Shown here: piece by piece, positions 1 through 11,550 of the stretch
Layout: every line of letters begins with the position of its first letter
How positions within the stretch are numbered: the stretch's first letter is position 1
Assembly: GCA_030390025.1 (NCBI GenBank)
Contig: CM059432.1
Span: 109,184,001 to 109,248,000, forward strand
Source: Squalus acanthias
Taxonomy: Eukaryota
Length of the DNA stretch: 64,000 nucleotides
Direction: 5' to 3'
Position numbers and translations under genes: made by a program
The notes under the pieces: generated by a model
The model's database searches: none
The model's input: only the letters and a program-made list of their open reading frames with translations
Told to the model about the DNA's origin: nothing

Positions 1-1049
1 CATCTGTGAACAAGCCAACGACGACTCGAGTCCGGATCACATCATGTATCGTGACATAAACCCAAGATCCCGGTTGAGACCGTCTTCATGAGTGCGGAAC
101 TTGGCTATCAGTTTCTGCTCGATGATTTTGCGCTGTCGTGTGTTCCTAAGGTTGCCTTGGAGAACGCTTACCCGCAGATCCGAGGTTGAATGTCCTTGAC
201 TGCTGAAGTGTTCCCCGACTGGGAGGTAACAATCCTGCCTGGTGATTGTTGCGCGGTGCTCGTTCATACGTTGTCTCAGTGTCTGCATGGTCTCGCCGAT
301 GTACCATGCCACGGTGCATTCTTTCCTGCAACGTATGAGGTAGACAACGTTGGCCGAGTCACATGAGTATGTACCATGTACCTGGTGGGTAGTGTCCTCA
401 CGTGTGATGGTGGTATCTGTGTTGATGATCTGGCATGTCTTGCAGAGTTTGCCGTGGCAGGGTTGTGTGGTGTCGTGGTCGCTGTTATCCTGAAAGCTGG
501 GTAATTTGCTGCGAACGATGGTACTTCTGAGGTTAGGCGGCTGTTTGAAGGCAAGTAGTGGAGGCGTGGGGATGGCCTTAGCGAGGTGTTTGTCGTCATC
601 GATGACATGTTGAAGGCTGCGAAGAACATGGCGTAGTTTCTCCGCTCCGGGGAAGTACTGGACGACGTAGGGTACCATGTTGGTTGTGTCCCGTGTTTGC
701 CTTCTGAGGAGGTCTATGCGATTTTTCGCTGTGGCCCGTCGGAACTGTCGATCGATGAGTCGAGCGTCATATCCCGTTCTTACGAGGGCGTTTTTCAGCG
801 TCCGTAAGTGTCCATCGCGTTCCTCCTCGTCTGAGCAGATCCTGTGTATTCGCAGGGCTTGTCCATAGGGGATGGCTTCTTTAACGTGGTTAGGGTGGAA
901 GCTGGAGAAGTGGAGCATCGTGAGGTTGTCCGTGGGCTTGCGGTAGAGTGAAGTGCTGAGGTGTCCGTCTTTGATGGAGATTCGTGTGTCCAGGAATGAA
1001 ACCGATTCTGAGGAGTAGTCCATGGTGAGTTTGATGGTGGGATGGAACT
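1..1049 (-). mobile_element. 5'-truncated Penelope-like retroelement (Neptune-type): RT C-terminus/thumb, Cys linker and GIY-YIG endonuclease
   Basis: ORF 37..1023(-) shows the RT C-terminal motif SVSFLD..LYRKPTD..LHFSSFHP, a linker PCHGKLCKTC, and GIY-YIG motifs NVVYLIRC..YIGET..LRQRMNEH..E..GLN. The frame is open and CpG-rich, suggesting a young copy. The 3' UTR runs off the window start. Confidence 0.9.
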
Positions 1050-1149
1050 CTAATTAACAGACTATTTACTAACCTAGCTGGAATAAACTTAAAAACTTTA
1101 AGAAAGCCAAGTAAAAGCACTTACCAGATACTCACCAATCAGCTCCCTC

Positions 1150-2734
1150 CCCTGCAGCAGGCAGCAGATGAGTTGGCATCCAGTCTGCACGGTCATGAGC
1201 ATGGTCTGCATGGACTCATTTGAGAGCCTTGCTTGAAGCTCTATGGAGGTGGACTCTCTCTCCACGGCAGATATTCTCACAATTCCCTGCGCCACTAATG
1301 CACTAGCGATCGAGTTGGACTCCTACATCTTCTCCGCTATTGTGGAGAGTGTGAATGGCACGTCTGTTTGGACCTGGCTAAGTTTCTGATGCCATCTCTA
1401 GCATTCTCCTTCTCAACGATAGCCCCCGGGGTTCAGCATCTGTGTGCAGCTGAGCAGAGCTTGGAGAGGATTGCATCCCCGACCCAGACTCTCCACAGCT
1501 GTCCCTGCCACCAGTGTCTGCTCGTGCTCACTTGTGTGAGGTGTGAATCACCAGGTGAAAACCCAACTATCTGTGTAAGTGGATGCACTGAAGTTCGAGT
1601 ATCTGCGCTGGTGCATGGCTGCAGGTCCTGTGATGGTGCACCCTCAGAAGGAATGAGCTCCTCTGTGGAATCGCCCTCATGGATGTCCTGCGACACTTGT
1701 TGTATGCGTGAAGGCCCTGGAAGACAAAAGAAAGGGATATGATTTATTCATGGCAACGTCACAATCTTGACAATCACCATACTCAGTCATCTCATAGTTC
1801 AGACATTGATGAAATGCAGTCAGCACATGTGTGTCAGAGATATTTATAATTCTGTCACCAGCTATCTGCGAGCGCCCTGTCTCTCTATCTCCGACTGAGA
1901 GGGACACAAATGTGCCACTTATCTCCAAGGCCTCCTCCTCTGCATCTGTGAGCTGGATTATTTGTGGTGGCCCACCTCTAGTCCTCTCCCTTCTGTTTTG
2001 CGCTCTCTTCTCCTACAAGGGGCGAAGAAATAGACCTGTGAGTGGGTGAAGGTGAAATATTCTCCCGATGGATGCAGTGCATTTGGTGAGGGTGACTATG
2101 AGACAGATGCATCATGTTGCATATGGATTGGGATCAGTGTCAATGGTGGATGGATAAATGGGGAGGTGATGAAGTGCATAGAAAGTGAAGACTGGGTGCT
2201 GCTGAAAGTTGAATGGGTGTGAGGAGTGATGTGATGGAGAACACTTAGCAAGACAGAGTGAGGCTTAAATCACAGGATACAGTTGAATCAGTACTCACTT
2301 TTCCTGATCTGGTTAGGTCATTAAACCGCTCCCTACATTGCATCCAAGACCTGTATACAACACTCCTGCTGCTCACCTCCTCAGCTTTCTTGGCGAGAGC
2401 AACAGGTTTATTCCTCTCATTGCTGGGGAAAAGTATGTCCCTCCTCCTGACTACATCCACCAGTAATTCAAGCGAGGTGTCATTAAATCTGGGTGTGGGC
2501 CTTGCTCTGTGTCCACCAACCATTCTGAACACCTTCACGTTCCTTCTTTGGACTGTCCCTTTAAATACAGCTGAAATCGCGTCATGCGGGTATACATGAC
2601 ACCTGCTGCGCAGCTTGGAGATGCAAAATCTGGAAATCACAATTAATTGGTACAATTGAGTTGAGATCGCAGATACTGACCCGCTCAGTTGACTTCCGGG
2701 TATCCCCCACACAATTCCTCTCGATTATCGGGGC
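1150..2734 (-). mobile_element. PIF/Harbinger DNA transposon relic with a spliced Myb/SANT-like gene
   Basis: Exon ~2523-2299 encodes MVGG..PRFNDTSLELLV..RRRDILF..RSWMQCRERFNDLTRSGK followed by a GTGAGT donor. The next exon from 2012 reads EKRAQNRRERTRGGPPQ..LTDAEEEALEISG. Upstream TATTTAAAGGG and a TIR-like end GGCCCGATAAT at 2734. No transposase seen; left boundary approximate. Confidence 0.72.
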
Positions 2735-2991
2735 CAATGTTTCTGTCACAAACAGTTTTTTTTGTGTCATTATAGAAAACATTAATTGTACAACCATGTA
2801 AAAAAAACTCAATATTTAGTCCAACAGGAAACAATCAAATAGAGAAGGCTTTGTCCTGCTTAAATAAACAGCCACTTGCAATGTCCAGTTCTGTTAATCC
2901 AGTTATTTATTTTGACAGGAAGGTTAGCAGAGAAAATGGTACTGAATTTCTTGCTCTTGCTGTTTCTTATTTCTGTTTTTCCTCATTATAG

Positions 2992-3201
2992 ATAATCGGA
3001 ACGATCCCATTGATGTCAAACCCAACAGTGCCATCCAATCAAAATGCAGGCGGGGCTCAGGGCATCCAAGTGCAACCAATCACCCCTCAGCTTCTGACGA
3101 ATGCCCAAGGTCAGATCATTGCCACAGTGATTGGGAATCAGATCTTGCCAGTGATCAATACACAGGGAATAACACTGTCGCCTATAAAGCCAGGCCAGCA
3201 G
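2992..3201 (+). CDS. POU6F2: POU class VI transcription factor (POU6F2/RPF-1-like), internal coding exon A, phase 0/0
   Basis: Pyrimidine tract and AG at 2990-2991; GTAAAT donor at 3202. Translation IIGTIPLMSNPTVPSNQNAGGAQGIQVQPITPQLLTNAQGQIIATVIGNQILPVINTQGITLSPIKPGQQ closely matches the recalled N-terminal region of vertebrate POU6F2. Confidence 0.93.
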
Positions 3202-4661
3202 GTAAATCATTTCCTCCCACATTACAGTTCACTTGCCTGCCATGAACCATATCAGACCAGAAAAAGAAGGAAAGATATCTAATGGGGTCAAGGTACAAAT
3301 CTTTGTTAGTCCTGTAATATAATCCTGTTGCACAAATGTATTTAATAAAACAAAGGCGTGAGGAAGTCCGATGTGTAAATAGTTATTCTAGTGCACTTGT
3401 GTAATGCCGCAGATCCCCTCAGTATTGTATTCAATAAGCGAGGGAGACCAGACTGATTATAAGCTGAGCTCTGAAGTAGTAATAAAGACACATACAGTGA
3501 AAGTAAGAATGGTACGAGCTTGGGTTGAAGTAAGGCGTCACAGCACAAGTAGATCTTACTGTGATGCCATGAGCAGCAAATGAGATGTATGTGAGGCAAA
3601 TGGAGTTGAAGTATCAAAAGTATTTTCTAAAAAGGACAAGTTCACGTCTAGCCTGTTGACAATAATTATCTTACTGATCAAGCAATCAAGCCCATATTTT
3701 AATGTCCTCTGAGACCAATTTGTCAGATTGTAATAGTGTCACTGAGACTGGTGGTGATCTGCACTGTACCATGAATTTAAACGTGATGGTTATTTGAAGA
3801 GTTTAACTGAAGAAATAAAGGTCCGTGTTATAATAAAATTGTAAATAAATAGGAAATATTTGGGTGTTTTAATATCTGTGATGATGAGCAGATTATGCTG
3901 ATACCAGATCAGGTTCCATCGTAACCTTGAATCCATGGTACGGATGATAAGATTCTGCATTGTCAGGTCCCAGGATTTCCTGGAATCGCTGGATCCCTCG
4001 GCCAGTGTTTTCCAATACAAATCGCTGACTAGCCACAGGTGTGGTTACGCCACACATTTTTAGCCACATGCACTAATTTTAGTGCCTTACATACACTCAC
4101 ACAATACAGTTTAATGTACTTCACATGTATATTTACTTCACAAACATCTACCACCATTCAGTAACCAAGTAAAGTACTCACAATGATCAAAATCACTCGC
4201 ACACTCTGCTTTTCATTCTACCATTTAACCAAAAAATGCACATAAAGGTTAAAGTTCACATGCCTATGACTGAGTATTGCGATCACATGCCCAACAACGG
4301 TCTCTATTACTCATTTTTTATTTACTAATCAGAAAAGCAATTAGCCACATCTGTATTCCCAATTAGCCACATGTATTGAACAACAGTGACCTAGGCCAAC
4401 TGATTCCAAACCTCATTGACACTTTCTTTTGGGGCTCATTGACACTTTAGCTCTCACACATTGTATCTTGTTATACTAATGCTTTCACCTCCCTCTACAA
4501 GGCTTTGTCTACCATCTATAAATGAGAGTGGATTAGAGTCAGAATTTACAAGTAGGCTGGGCTTCACCAACAATATATTTAATCAAGTTGAACAGCACCT
4601 GGTTCACGTTACTAGCTTAGTGAAGTTTTAACACGAAAATCGTCACACACTCTATAGTGAA

Positions 4662-5165
4662 GGGCGCCCAAGCTTTTCGTCATTGTAGGCCACATAAGGT
4701 TCGTACCGTGGAGACTCGATGGCCACATATTGGGGATAATTTGGACTTTGGGTGATGGCGTAAAATGGGCGATATCGGATCAGCCGCCCGATATCCACTT
4801 CTCCCGAATTTAATTTCTAATGAATTCAATGAAAATCGGAAGAGATCAGCTGGCTGATCTGATATCGCCCATTTTGCACTATCACCTAAAGTCAAAATTA
4901 CCCCCATTAAGTTTAAATCCATGTTCCTATTAAGTTGCAGATATCTCAAGTCACTGACCCTAACAGATCTTGGTGTTAAGAAGTTTTCGATAGGACTATT
5001 TTTAGTGGCTGTTGCCTCATCGGTGGATAAATCAAAACATGAAGTATTCATTAGCGCAGCAAGCTGAGATATCTACAAATTAATGGGAACATGGATTTAA
5101 ACTCTATATACGGCCCCAAGGCTCTATGGCACAGACCTACAATGACAAAAAGCTTGGATGACACT
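4662..5165. mobile_element. Old non-autonomous DNA element with inverted termini (hAT-like)
   Basis: CCAAGCTTTTCGTCATTGTAGG (~4668) is the inverted match of CCTACAATGACAAAAAGCTTGG (~5136). The interior resembles 48490-48760. Superfamily assignment is tentative. Confidence 0.5.
4732..4905. mobile_element. Palindromic MITE (Harbinger-type, GGGG termini), nested in an older hAT-like element
   Basis: Arms GGGGATAATTTGGACTTTGGGTGATGGCGTAAAATGGGCGATATCGGATCAGCC and GGCTGATCTGATATCGCCCATTTTGCACTATCACCTAAAGTCAAAATTACCCCC are reverse complements; ATT on both flanks (3-bp TSD). Confidence 0.8.
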
Positions 5166-5443
5166 GCGTGAAATTCAGACAGTAGAAGTCAGCAAATAAG
5201 ATATCAGCCCATTGGGGGTTTTGAACCAATTTTGAACCAGTTAGAGAGCCAGGGCTTTGAGGGACAGACTACCAGGAGTCGAGGTTGCTTGTGGTCCACA
5301 GGCTGCAGTTTGGACACTCCTGGTTTACACATAGATTGGAAATATAACAAATTGCTCTCAGTTTTAAGAAGATCATCCAAACTCCTCAATACGCCACTGC
5401 CTCAAAATGCACTCCTGTTGTGTCGTTTGTTACAATACTTACA

Positions 5444-5468
5444 TGATGCGGAGATGCCGGTTACTTAC
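5444..5468 (-). mobile_element. Ultra-short Penelope 3'-tail insertion with a 14-bp TSD
   Basis: ATGATGCGGAGATGCCGGT (5443-5461) is identical to 30178-30196. It is flanked by the direct repeat TTACAATACTTACA (5430-5443 and 5469-5482). Confidence 0.8.
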
Positions 5469-5924
5469 TTACAATACTTACAAGCAGAGGAACTTTTTCT
5501 TTATAAAATGAAGAAGTTACTGTTCAGTACAATAATGGTCATTCCAATTCAAGCAGGCAGTAGGTGCCTGAGATTTTAACGTGTAACTTGACTGATACTG
5601 AGTTAATTCACAGGCAATTCCAGGGACACAGCGGCTCTCTACATGCTGTATTGTAAGAACATAAATAAATGTAATCATTGACAACACATAGGCTCCACCA
5701 CTAATCACAAGTATCCATTAAAAATTGCCTGCTACAGTTACTGTTTTGAGTTGTTGATCTGAAATCCTGTTTATATTTACAGTGCCGGCAATACATGGAG
5801 ATAGATATTTAGACAAACCCAAAAGCCAATTATTGAAATGTATTGTTTTTGGAGTGTTGACTGAGGTGCATGTGGAACGACTGGAGCACAGAAACTAGTT
5901 GCAACTTTCACACCTAGTTCTGCC

Positions 5925-6140
5925 ATCTAGACGGCATAATAGGCTAGACACAGGCCTTTTAGTTCAGGTGCCGAGGTTCAAATCCAGCATAGTAATGGGA
6001 TGATACACTTTTCTGTCTACTGGTTGCAGGAGCCCCTTGTGAAATGAGTTTGGGCAGTCTCAATTCAGTTACTACTAGCTGTGGACCCACAGCACAGAAC
6101 TACAATCCCAATTTGGAACTAATTCGCAATCTCGCTCAGG
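5925..6140 (+). mobile_element. Degenerate tRNA-derived SINE resembling LF-SINE
   Basis: B-box-like GGTTCAAATCC, then GTGAAATGAGTTTGGGCAGTCTCAATTCAGTT..CCACAGCACAGAAC..CAATTTGGAACTAATT, similar to the recalled LF-SINE core. Confidence 0.5.
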
Positions 6141-6227
6141 GAGGGTGTGGGGAATGTACAACATAATACAGCAGCAATAGGGGGCACTCGTCTGAAGTTT
6201 GGGCTGAGGCATGATGTTAGGGAGGTA

Positions 6228-9200
6228 CATAGAATCATAGAAATCATAGAAAGTTAAGCACAGAAGGAGGCCATTTCGGCCCATTGTGTCCGCGCCGGCC
6301 GACAAAGAGCTATCCAGCCTAATCCCACTTCCCAGCTCTTGGTCCGTAGCCCTGCAGGTTACAGCATCCCAAGTGCACATCCAAGTACGTTTTAAATGTA
6401 GTTAGGGTTTCTGCCTCTACCACCCTTTCAGGCAGTGAGTTCCAGACCCCCACAACCCTCCGGGTGAAGAAATTTCCCCTCAAATCCCCTCTAAACCTTC
6501 CACCAATTACTTTAAATCTGTGCCCCCTGGATTTTGACCCCTCTCCTAAGGGAAATAGGTACTATCCACTTTATCTATGCCCCTCATAATTTTATACACC
6601 TCAATAAGGTCTCCCCTCAGCCTCCTCTGTTCCAAGGAAAACAGACCCAGCCTTTCCAGTCTTTCCTCATAGCTAAGATTCTCTACTCCTGGCAACATCC
6701 TTGTAAATCTCCTCTGTACCCTCTCTAGTGCAATCACATCTTTCCTGTAATGTGGTGACCAGAAATGCACGCAGTACTCTAGTACTCAGTACTAACTAGT
6801 GTTTTATACAGTTGAAGCATAACCCCCCCCCCGCTCTTGTATTCTATGCCACGGCTAATAAAGGCAAGCATTCCATATGCCTTCTTAACCACCTTATCTA
6901 CCTGGCCTGCTACCTCCAGGGATCTGTGGACATGCACTCCAAGGTCCCTTTTTTCCTCTACACTACTCAGTGTCCTACCATTTAATGTGTATTCCCTTTC
7001 CTTGTTCGCCCTCCCCAAATGCATTACCTCACACTTCTCCGGATTGAATTCCATTTGCCACTGTTCTGCCCACCTGACCAATTTATTGATATCTTCCTGC
7101 AGTCTACAGCTTCCTTCTTCAGTATCAATCACACAGCCGATTTTAGTATCATCTGCAAACTTCTTAATCATACCCCCTATATTCAAGTCAAGATCATTGA
7201 TATACACCACAAAAAGCAAGGGACCTAGTACTGAGCCCTGCGGAACCCCACTGGAAACAGCCTTCCAGTCACAAAAACACCCATCAACCATTACCCTCTG
7301 CTTCCTGTCTCCGAGCCAGTTTTGAATCCAACTTGTCACTTTGCCCTGGATCCCATGGGCTTTTAACTTCGTGACCAGTCTGCCATGTGGAACCTTATCA
7401 AAAGCCTTGCTAAAGTCCATATACACTACATCAAATGCACTACCCTCATCTATCCTCCTTGTTAGCTCCTCAAAAAATTCGATCAAGTTTGTCAGACACG
7501 ACCTTCCCTTAACAAATCCGTGCTGACAATCCTTGATTAATCCGTGTCTTTCTAAATGAAGATTTATCCTGTCCTTCAGAATTCTTTCCAATAATTTTCC
7601 CACCACCGAAGTTAGGCTGACTGGCCTGTAATTAATCGGTCTATCCTTTTCTCCCTTTTTAAACATGGGTACCACATTAGCAGTCCTCCAGTCCTCCGGC
7701 ACCACACCTGAAGCCAGAGAAGATTGAAAAATTATGGTCAGGGCCTCTGTTATTTCCTCTTTTGCTTCGCTTAACAGCCTGGGATACATTTCATCCAGGT
7801 TTGGAGATTTATTCACTTTTAAAGTTGCTAAACCCCTTAATACTTCCTCTCTCACTATGTTTATTTCATCTAATATTTCACACTCCTCCTCCCTGATAGC
7901 AATGTCTGCTTTGCCCCTGTCCTTTGTGAAAACAGACGCAAAGTATTCATTAAGAACCCTACCGACGTCTCCCGCCTCCACACACAGATTACCCTCATGA
8001 TCTCTAATAGGCCCTACCCTTTCTTTAGTAATCCTCTTACTCTTAATATATTTATAGAACATCTTTGGGTTTTCCTTGATTTTACTTGCCAAGAATTTTT
8101 CATGCTCTCTCTTTACTTTCCTAATATCCTTTTTAATTGCACCCCTGCACTTTCTGTACTCCTCTAAAGATTCTGCAGTATTTAGCCCTCGGTATCTCAT
8201 ATGCCTCCCTTTTTTTCTTTATCCTACCCTGTATGTCCCTAGACATCCAGGGGGCTCTGGATTTGTTAGTCCCACCTTTTTTCTTTAATGGCACATATTT
8301 GGTCTGAATCCTCTGGACCTCCTCCTTGAAAGCCTCCCACTGCTCTGACACCTTTTTACCTCCCTCTCTATCCCGTCTGAAAATCCTGTAACCAGGAATT
8401 TTGAGCTGCCATACCTGCCCCTCTTTCAGCCACGTCTCTGTAATAGCTATAATATCAGAGTCCCATGTATCTACCTGTGCCCTCAGCTTATCTGCCTTGT
8501 TCGCTATACTCCTTGCATTGAAGTATATACCATTTAGTACAGGCAAACCTCCTTGTTGACTACTATCTAGCCCTTGATTCCTCTGTCCTTCCAATTTACT
8601 TTCTATGTTTTTGTTTTCCAATTCCAGTTTTTCTTCCCTCCCTATTGACTCTATACTTAGGTTCCCATCCCCCTGCCAAGCTAGTTTAAACCCTCCCTAA
8701 CAGCACTAGCAAACCCTCCCGCGAGGATATTGGTCCCGTTCCCATTGAGGTGCAACCCTTCTGGCTTGTAGAGGTCCCACCTCCCCCAGAAATGGTTCCA
8801 ATTCCTCAGGAATCTAAAGCCCTTCCTCCTACACCATCTATCCAGCCACGCATTCATCTGCTCTATCTTCCTATTTCTGTACTCACTAGCACGTGGCACT
8901 GGTAGTAATCCGGAGATTACTACCTTTGAGGTCATGCTTTTTAACCTCTTTCCTAGCTCCCTAAACTCTGCCTGCAGGACCTCATCCCTCTTCCTACCTA
9001 TGTCGTTGGTACCGATATGGAGCACGACCTCTGGCTGTTCACCCTCCCCCCTCAGAATGCCCTGCAGCTGTTCAGTGACATCCTTGATCCTGGAACCAGG
9101 GAGGCAACATCCCATCCTGGAGTCACGTCTGCGGCAGCAGAAACGCCTGTCTGCTCCCCTAACTATTGAATCCCCTATGACTATTGCTCTCCCTCTCCTC

Positions 9201-9400
9201 TTCCCCCCCCCCCCCCCCCCCCCCCACCCCCGGTGCAGCTGAGCCTTCTATGGTGCTGTGGACTTGGCTCTGGCTGCACTCCCCAGAGGAACCATCGACC
9301 TCACCAGTACTCAGCACCGAATGCTGGTTGGTGAGCAAGATGGGCTCAGGGGACTCCTGCACTATGCCTGGTCCTCCTCTTCTGTCTTTGCTCCACATTT
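6228..9400 (-). mobile_element. CR1-clade LINE, decayed: partial ORF1 (SGNH esterase) and ORF2 (APE + RT) with an internal deletion and frameshifts
   Basis: ORF1 has CLPGSRI..VVLHIGTND. The APE (YFNARSI..DIIAITETWL) jumps directly to VSEQWEAFK, implying a deletion near 8352. The RT has NYRPVSLTS, YMDFSKAFDKVPH, GVPQGSVLGP, YINDLD and KFADDTK. The 3' tail is (TTCTATGA)n at 6228-6250. Confidence 0.93.
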
Positions 9401-9544
9401 AACCCCATGTTGTCCCTGACCTCGGAATGCTTACATCTGGGGAAAGGGTGGATTTTCCTGAACTCGGGCAGTATAGCGGAGGAAAAAGTGTGTGAAATTG
9501 GGCAGTGAAGCCTACCACTGCCTCATTCCCCCTGTCGGAATTGC

Positions 9545-10550
9545 TGCTGACTCCATTCCCTAGCCACCGACTACATCCCTCTCCTTGGAAACTGTCTGAG
9601 GCTGAACCAGACTGTTCGCAGCCTTGGTGTCGTATTTGATCCCGAGATGAGCTTCCGACCACATATCCACACCATCACTAAGACCGCCTTTTCCACCTCC
9701 GTAACATCACCTCCTGGATCAGCTCATCTGCTGCTGAAAACCTCATCCATGTCTTTGTTACCTCTGGACTCGACTATTCCAACGCACTCCTGGCCAGCCT
9801 CCCACCTTGCACCCTCCATAAACATCCGGTAGAGTAGAGATTGGTGTAAACATGTGCACAAGGTCAGTCATTGATACGAATTTGCAGTACTGAATAGGAC
9901 CATGCTACTGCTGGATGAGTTACTGCCCTTCTCCTTCCCTCCCTCAGCCCACCTTTTGCTGAAACTCTCATCCATGCTTTTGTTGCCTCCAGACTCAACT
10001 ACTCTGATGCTCTCCTGGCCGTCCTCCCATCTTCCACCCTACATAAACTTGACCTCATACAAAATTCTGCTGCTCATATTCTAACTCGCACCAAGTCCCA
10101 TTCGCCCATTACCCCAGGGCTTGCTGACCTACATTGGCTCCCGGTTAAGCAACCCCTCGATTTTAAAATTCTCACCCTTTGTTTTCAAATCCCTTCCTAT
10201 TTCTGTAACCTCCTCCAGCCCTACAACTCTCCGAGATATCTGCACTCCTCTAATTCTGGCCTCTTGCCTATCCCCGATTTTAATCACTCCACCATTGGCG
10301 GCTGTGCCTTCAACTGCCGAAGTTCTAAGCTTGGAATTCCCTCCCTAAACCTCTCCGCCTCTCTACTTCTCTTTCCTCTTTGAAGACGCTCCTTAAAACC
10401 TACTTTTCAACCAAGCTTTTGGTCACCTGTCCTAATGTCTCTTTAAGTGGCTCGGTGTCAAATTGTATTCGATAATCGCTCCTGTGAAGCACCTTGGGAT
10501 GTTTTACTACTTTAAAGGCCCTATATAAATGCAAGTTGTTGTTGTTGTTG
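9545..10550 (+). mobile_element. L2-clade LINE 3' fragment(s), interrupted by a ~150-bp segment shared with 28757-28904
   Basis: Typical L2 3' region (..CTCATCCATG..GACTATTCCAA..CATTGGCTCCC..CCTTCA..CTGGAATTCCCTCCC) ending in CTATATAAATGCAAG(TTG)n. Confidence 0.75.
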
Positions 10551-11250
10551 ACCACCCTTTCCATGCCCACTACATGCAAATACTGCCTGGGGGACATTGG
10601 GCCTGGGGTCCCAGTCCATTACCCTGCATTTGAGCCTGTTCCCTCTGCTCCCCCCAGAACATGGTGATAAGCTGGGAGGAGCAGCGGGACTGGAACCAAC
10701 TGGAGGGAGAAAGTCTTGTAGATGCCTCCTCTTCCTCCAACTCCACCACACACCCTATTCCTTACCTGCTGATGACTTCAGGCACATTTGAGGTCTTCAG
10801 AGGACAAATGAACGGAGTCTCACTCAATGGAAGGGCAGATTGAGCGGCTCTCTATGAGATGGAGGCTCATCCTGCCCCCACCAGGATTGCTGATGACCAC
10901 TCCTTCCACGTCTGCTACCTGCAAACGCTGCCTGGGTGGGGTGTGGAACCTGGGGTCCCAATGCAATACCTGCCATCTGCGCCTCTTTCCTCCGGTCCTC
11001 AGATCGCCGTGTGAACCATGGCAATAGGTTGGGAGTAGCGGCAGGACTGGTACTAAATGGAGGGAGTGGGTCTCGTAGAGGCCTCCTCTCCCTCCAAATC
11101 AACCCCCCCCCCACCAATCAACTGGAGGGCAGAATGAGCCTCATTCAACAGGAGGGGAGACTGAGCTTCACTCAACAAGAGGCCAGACTGAGTCTCACTC
11201 AATGGGAGGGGAGACTGAATCTTAATCAATGGGAGAGCAGATTGAACAAT
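10550..11250 (+). repeat. Diverged ~345-bp tandem duplication ending in a 27-bp minisatellite
   Basis: 10550-10750 aligns with 10895-11105 (GACCAC..TGCAAA..CTGCCTGGG..CCTGGGGTCCCA..GGACTGG..GGAGGGAG..CCTCCTCT..CCTCCAA). About 5 copies of GAGGGNAGACTGAGYCTCACTCAAYRG lie at ~11125-11250. Confidence 0.7.
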
Positions 11251-11392
11251 CAGGCAAAGAGGTCAGTCCATCTGTTCCAAAGCTCTCCCAATTTTCCGCG
11301 CGATTGTTCAATCTGCCTTCCAATGAAGTGAGAATCTACACCATGAGCGCTGACTTATGAATTCTACCTTCCAAGTGTTTTTATGGACAGGA

Positions 11393-11550
11393 GGGGTACA
11401 ACTTAACTTCGGTGGATGCTCATAATGGGTAGTAGCGGATCGTCCACCCATTATACTGAAGTCAACAGAACGGATCGGGCCAGGTGTATAACCAGCAGCC
11501 GATCCACTACCACCTGTTTTGCACCACTGCCAAAGTTGAATTTTATGCCC
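11393..11550. mobile_element. Degenerate palindromic MITE of the same family as 4732-4905
   Basis: Inverted motifs GGATCGTCCACCCATTATAC (11437-11456) and GGTGTATAACCAGCAGCCGATCC (11483-11505); termini GGGGTAC..AACTT and AAGTT..TGCCC. Confidence 0.65.

Noticed and set aside
6779..8200. 473-aa RT ORF as an active or domesticated gene
   Set aside because: It is part of a CR1 with a deleted endonuclease region, frameshifts on both sides and a rearranged patch at ~6775-6795.
9202..9231. Long poly-C run as a regulatory G4 element
   Set aside because: It is a homopolymer expansion inside decayed CR1 ORF1, its length is error-prone, and there is no other support.
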